Below, one piece after another: positions 33,410-33,528 of a DNA stretch of 33,528 nt. The notes under the pieces were generated by a model. It saw nothing but the letters and a program-made list of their open reading frames with translations. It was not told the DNA's origin and searched no databases. The position numbers and the translations under genes were made by a program. Origin of the DNA: a virus (lineage: Duplodnaviria > Caudoviricetes); IMG/VR virus record IMGVR_UViG_3300049141_000026, positions 1 to 33,528 of that record, one strand, 5' to 3'. Positions within the stretch are counted from its first letter, which is position 1, and each line of letters begins with the position of its first letter.

Positions 33410-33522
33410 CCATGTGCAAGTGCGGAGCGCAGACGTACGAGGCACACCTGAAGCGGTGCGCCGACGGCTACCCGGCTCACGTATACCGGGGGACCATCTG
33501 GCTGCCCCCGAGCAAGAGTTAA
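33406..33522 (+). CDS. small Cys/His protein (MTMCKCGAQTYEAHLKRC...)
   Basis: GTGA coupling, GGAAGGGAG RBS, 38 aa. Confidence 0.5.
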   Translation: MTMCKCGAQTYEAHLKRCADGYPAHVYRGTIWLPPSKS

Positions 33523-33528
33523 CCCAAG

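Overview
This window is part of a high-GC actinobacterial (Streptomyces-like) tailed phage with podovirus-type architecture; no tape-measure or tail-tube genes are recognisable. It has three blocks. (1) 1-5877 (+) is a replication/accessory operon: DnaB-like helicase, SLOG/DUF2493 protein, Holliday-junction resolvase, split primase, HNH endonuclease and many small ORFs, ending at a strong terminator at 5960-5990. (2) 28971-6038 (-) is the late operon: terminase, amidase endolysin, portal, large internal/ejection proteins (two carry NlpC/P60 or lysozyme-like heads), scaffold, major capsid, adaptor, tail fibre, nozzle, PG-binding protein and holin. (3) 29000-30600 is a palindrome-dense non-coding region, followed by small early-type genes on +. 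The most notable signal is a candidate RNA regulatory system. Four ~110-130 nt intergenic leaders among the early genes share one covarying fold, ending in a GAUC-loop hairpin and a GGAG-loop (Shine-Dalgarno) hairpin. The 3' UTR at 5878-5990 carries the complementary loops (CUCCAU, CUGAUCC) in antiparallel order, suggesting a trans-acting double kissing-loop antisense RNA. Other points are a self-repairing HNH insertion, a tRNA-like RNA in the late operon, a three-copy late-promoter motif and duplicated ejection proteins with swapped murein hydrolases. All folds and homologies were read by eye and no searches were run.
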